DNA of 50,182 nucleotides from Elusimicrobiota bacterium (GTDB lineage Bacteria; Elusimicrobiota; Elusimicrobia; F11): NCBI GenBank assembly GCA_043732015.1, contig JAYTIE010000265.1, positions 1 to 50,182 of the forward strand, read 5' to 3'. Shown piece by piece: positions 47,401 to 50,182 of this stretch (position 1 is its first letter; each line of letters starts with the position of its first letter). The notes under the pieces were generated by a model. It saw only the letters and a program-made list of their open reading frames with translations, ran no database searches and was not told where the DNA came from. The position numbers and the translations under genes were made by a program.

Positions 47401-49834
47401 ATTTCGCGAGTCCTTTGGCGATGAGATCAATCAGGCGGGACCGATAGGTTTTAAGACCGCCCGGATAATACGCATCGAGCGAGACAGCCTGGACGAGCAT
47501 TTCAATTTTCTTGTCGTCATTCTTTCCCGGGGCTTCCCAACCCGCGAACAGCTTGTCCTGATTAAGGTCAATCAACTCCCGGATTACGTCAAAATGTTTC
47601 GGGTTGGTCACAACGCCGGCATCGACGTTGGCCTTCAGTAACTTAAGCGGGCCCTCGAGGCGTTCCGGATTGACACCGTCGAATACGTTGGACGCGTTGT
47701 AACGGCCACCGGCGCCGCTGCCGCCGCCATTGCTGCCGCTGCCGCCGCGCACAAGAACGACGCCGTCGCCTTCCGGCTTGTCTTTCTCACCCATTGCCAG
47801 AAGGTCAAGTCCCTGGTCATTGATTCCGATGGTAATACCGGAGTCATGACGCAGATCCTGAATCGTCTTCGTTACCGCGTTGTTTCCGAATTTACGAATG
47901 ACGTAGCGGGCGACCAGGACAATACCGACGACGACCGTGACGACGAGCGCCACCAGAATCGGGATCGCGACGCGGGGATCCACGTTCATGTTGGTCGTAA
48001 AGCTTTTTCTGTTACCGAGACCGACCGCGCGCCACGCTGCGGCAATCGCAGCCGTGGTGAATCGCGGCGCCTTAACTCCGGCGCTAGCGAGCACGGGTGT
48101 TTGCGTCGGATGATTCATCTGATCCGCCACAAGGCCCGCGTTGCGCGGGAGGTTGCTGGTCGCGCGAAGAAAATCCGTAGTTGCGTGGTTCGGCAGGAGG
48201 CCCGCGCCGGCCTTGTAAGCGGGGTAGTTGAGATCTTTGTTCAGCTCAAAGCCGGCTTCAAGCTGGGGACGGATAATCTGATAGGCGATGCCGTGAGCGC
48301 GAAGCGCGCGGGTCATGCCGGGCGTGTGGAATCCACCGGCCACGAAGGCGACGATGGCGCCGTCTTTCTGATGTTTGTCCAGCACGCGGCGAAGGGCACC
48401 TTCCATGGACGAGTCGCGCGCTTCGGCGGCCTTGTAAAAGCCCGTCGCGCCGCCCACAGCGATCTGTAGGTCGGACATCGAGAACGACGGGGTGGCAAAC
48501 CGGTAGCCGAGCGCGTTGACCTGTTCGGCCACGAACGCGCGGATTTCTCCGTGCATCCGATAAATTTCAGCGACGTCCAGGCCCTTCTGCGACTGCCATT
48601 CGTGGGGGACCATGTTCAGCGAGAAGAAACGCTCCTGACGTTCGATCCAGCGGACGTCCTTATAAAGTTCGTAGGCGAGCGGATGGCGGACCAGCTTCTT
48701 CGCCATGTCATTTTCGAGCGCCTGAAGCTCGATGAACAGAACGTCCGCGTCCACCTTCTCGGCGTCACGGAGATAGGCCACATAGGACTTGAGCGCCGGA
48801 TAGGATTTGTCGGAACGCGAAAGAAGCATCTCGTAATAGGAAAGAGCGGACATGCGGCCTTCGCGAAGCGCGATGGCATCGTTCATGATCTTTTCGACTT
48901 CCTTGTCGTTCTTCTGGCGAACCAGGGCTTCGACGAGGCTGCGGCCTTCCTTCTCAACGGCGGGGAAATCGGTGACCTTCTCGCTGTCATGCAGCGCGGC
49001 AAGGCGGGCGACCATCGGATACTTGGCCACGAGGCCCTTGTCGGTGCGGACGAGGAACGCGATGTACTCGGCCATTTCCATGCGGCCTTCTTCAACGGCC
49101 ACCCGGTTCTTCTCAAGCGTGAGGAGGGCGGTGTTGAAATTGTGGCTCTCGAGGCGAACGAGCTGGGACTTGATCTCGCGCACGGTTCCGAGAATGCGCT
49201 CACGGCTCTCAACGGAGTTCTCGCGGGCGATGACGTTGGCGTTGTAGAGCTCCGGCGTTTCGATACCGACAATCTGGACGAGGCCCGGCTTGTTGACGAT
49301 GGCGGAATACTCTTCGCCCATCAGGAAGCCGGAACGGAGAAGCGCCGAGGACACCTGGCGTTTCACATTGGCGTCCGGGAACGACGCCAGCGAATCGGTT
49401 TCGATCTTGCCCGCGCCGCCTTCGACGGCAACCACGAGCTGTTTGCCCTGGTTCTCCGCGTAGGAAGCGAGACGGGTGATGATTTCGGAAAGATTGGTCT
49501 GCGCGCCCAGATGACCGTGCACGTCCTGCACGTGATAGACAAGGCGGCCCGCTGAAACGGGAGCGAATGTTTCCACGGTCGATCCGATCAGGGCGGGAAC
49601 GCGAAAGGGAGCGGCCGCCGTGTTGGCCTGTTTCTGGATTCCGGTGGGAGCCGACGGGAGTTCGGCGCCAACGTGGGATCTGACCGGCATGGCCTGGGCC
49701 ATCACCGTTGCCTGCGCGAGGGGAACCGCGCCGGCTTCGATGGTCATCACCAGCGCCAGAAGCGCCGATATTCTTTGCAACGCTCGCTTGTCCGCGAGCC
49801 CGAGAAGCATCGAGATGAATTTTCTGTTGGCCAT
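44456..49834 (-). CDS. ~1792-aa modular protein: signal peptide, ChaN/TIKI-like N-terminal domain, TM, plant/protist-type UDP-sugar pyrophosphorylase (~45790-47600), TMs, unknown C-terminus
   Basis: VQDVHG, VAVEG, RDSSM, AGGFH; YPGGL, GGKGERLG, HGHGDVH, QDTN, NVEY, SPFDGN, RIRGY; GGGGA SD before ATG 49834. Confidence 0.85.
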   Translation of the reverse strand: MANRKFISMLLGLADKRALQRISALLALVMTIEAGAVPLAQATVMAQAMPVRSHVGAELPSAPTGIQKQANTAAAPFRVPALIGSTVETFAPVSAGRLVYHVQDVHGHLGAQTNLSEIITRLASYAENQGKQLVVAVEGGAGKIETDSLASFPDANVKRQVSSALLRSGFLMGEEYSAIVNKPGLVQIVGIETPELYNANVIARENSVESRERILGTVREIKSQLVRLESHNFNTALLTLEKNRVAVEEGRMEMAEYIAFLVRTDKGLVAKYPMVARLAALHDSEKVTDFPAVEKEGRSLVEALVRQKNDKEVEKIMNDAIALREGRMSALSYYEMLLSRSDKSYPALKSYVAYLRDAEKVDADVLFIELQALENDMAKKLVRHPLAYELYKDVRWIERQERFFSLNMVPHEWQSQKGLDVAEIYRMHGEIRAFVAEQVNALGYRFATPSFSMSDLQIAVGGATGFYKAAEARDSSMEGALRRVLDKHQKDGAIVAFVAGGFHTPGMTRALRAHGIAYQIIRPQLEAGFELNKDLNYPAYKAGAGLLPNHATTDFLRATSNLPRNAGLVADQMNHPTQTPVLASAGVKAPRFTTAAIAAAWRAVGLGNRKSFTTNMNVDPRVAIPILVALVVTVVVGIVLVARYVIRKFGNNAVTKTIQDLRHDSGITIGINDQGLDLLAMGEKDKPEGDGVVLVRGGSGSNGGGSGAGGRYNASNVFDGVNPERLEGPLKLLKANVDAGVVTNPKHFDVIRELIDLNQDKLFAGWEAPGKNDDKKIEMLVQAVSLDAYYPGGLKTYRSRLIDLIAKGLAKFNPIAGKILKRVPAVELKGPADPTFQRLENTGLKAANRTVYAMPFGGKGERLGLVNGIKPAVPMDLATMRPYMTEFLGSIDAFQRKSNELNGENIPAAVMIMASPDNRDLMVDLLSDSKVSQGYEIVEKTGDHYDVSTTLVPGNGKGTIYILSQGKVPASNNLQGDFVLDATNPYAIASSPHGHGDVHTLIKLSNLDEQWEREGRQHVVFIQDTNSVMRQTVMAGLGASVEKNIGLNFMTFVREAGENYGLIVEVQEQDGTPIRRRNVEYTNAKDILPGGDVADPATGHSPFDGNLNQYIVKLPQYRAALSHTGESPEILALSKLQKGENGRLEYNSQDIALIFAPSDVGTTLVEPREFVFAPAKNAPEAAAKLAANGTPAEGMQTSEALYYKAIRLMLSAIKGVTINVAGQLVAFRGVSIPVGAIVSFDAAFAPSIDELAKKVTGQITISDRSALTLQGAGIKINGLKLDGALEVSAAHGVEVTIENLDVTNAGWKFVELTAAEINDQNVPEYLRIRGYRLEKTETASFNITEPGKYVIDQTGLHRVGDVEVAQPFHWGASLAVGLGIIVVGALGGYYYNAYFGFVAILGALFVYLAHLGKIVANTSTTIEDNTDLQGLLSDDKFSKSAINAVLDFKAGLSSPTREIKVVLTPGKLESVNKEKGILYIGVGLLEASSGLEAIGRALLLRAVLTHARIHFTPLQIPTRSHGLAFIANEAIAWILGSMLLPFDLAYRFISGFVFQYSGSGDQNTFAGKGMDVLGAAMGAKVSAFFDAAKAVGERLKAKLRPAVTPINILWKVDSIEGFDDKSAGAIDEKAFVDLLFKFHLPGTELGALSGEVVLETKSQNATYIATLTSIINQANDRARVAGRNLKFNLLQTGDAAIDVTAAFSAGREVNPGNTVIMGGLDAKATVTGNLPFESVTGPAQLAVATFAYASYSNGKGAYGEIYNLLNKFMPEIINAKTLTNDIATQLLAALQA

Positions 49835-49894
49835 TTTAATTTCCCCAATCATTTTGATTTGCGTCACCGAAGAACTCCCGTCTTCGATGTTCAA

Positions 49895-49927
49895 ATAGTA
49901 CCCCCCCGGCAATTAAAACCACCTTAA
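49895..49927 (-). promoter_or_regulatory. TTAAGG-N5-TTAAT box plus -10 element TACTAT upstream of the USP-cargo gene
   Basis: Architecture identical to 11081-11113. Confidence 0.7.
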
Positions 49928-50062
49928 GGAACCGTAACTTATGTGTAACAGCCCGCCCGGAATTGCCCAAAGTTACATCGACGGCAGACGGCAAGCCGGG
50001 TATCTTGGAGCGACCAAAATAAGAGTTCTTCAGGGAAGGACGAAGGTCAAGGGAGGACAATA

Positions 50063-50173
50063 ATGGCGATGATAAAAGTGATACCAAAAGTCGCGTTTAT
50101 TCTCGTGATCATGCCCTTTCTGCTTTTCGCGATCGTGATCTGGACCCCGCTCAGGAAATTCATGCTTTCCTGA
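50063..50173 (+). CDS. 36-aa small membrane protein, absent from the ORF track
   Basis: GGGAGG SD; MAMIKVIPKVAFILVIMPFLLFAIVIWTPLRKFMLS. Confidence 0.6.
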   Translation: MAMIKVIPKVAFILVIMPFLLFAIVIWTPLRKFMLS

Positions 50174-50182
50174 CGAGTCGAT

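Noticed and set aside
49835-49912. 26-aa N-terminal extension of the 1818-aa ORF
   Set aside because: Overlaps the inferred promoter; ATG 49834 has an SD and directly precedes the signal-like region.

Overview
GC-rich bacterial chromosomal window, mostly housekeeping genes on the minus strand. The gene repertoire is compatible with an Elusimicrobiota/Omnitrophota-like diderm, but that is inference only. In order: an OmpR-type regulator fragment, DedA/VTT, Bcp, tRNA-Arg(ACG)-tadA-tmRNA, tRNA-Met(CAT)-dusB and marC. Then a long run (HNH, amidase, murI, queC, queE, DUF62, ArnT-like GT, VanZ-TPR fusion, RecB-like nuclease, Ig-repeat protein), a SAM-I riboswitch operon (ThrC-like, sulfur carrier, NIL), and tilS-ftsH-cdaA-mini cdaR-glmM-pdxJ-glmS. 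These are followed by a TPR-ExbB-ExbD-ExbD-TonB motor operon, pfkB and gpmA. The standout is two large paralogous exported/membrane proteins (6401-11020 and 44456-49834). They share a ~450-aa N-terminal domain with ChaN/EreA/TIKI-like motifs (QDVH...EG...R[ND]...GGFH) but carry different normally cytoplasmic enzymes: LpxC in one, a plant/protist-type UDP-sugar pyrophosphorylase in the other. Both are preceded by the same promoter architecture (TTAAGG-N5-TTAAT-N11-TAnnAT), with the box 78 nt from each start codon. No CRISPR array, rRNA or intact mobile element was seen. All family calls come from motif recognition, not database searches.
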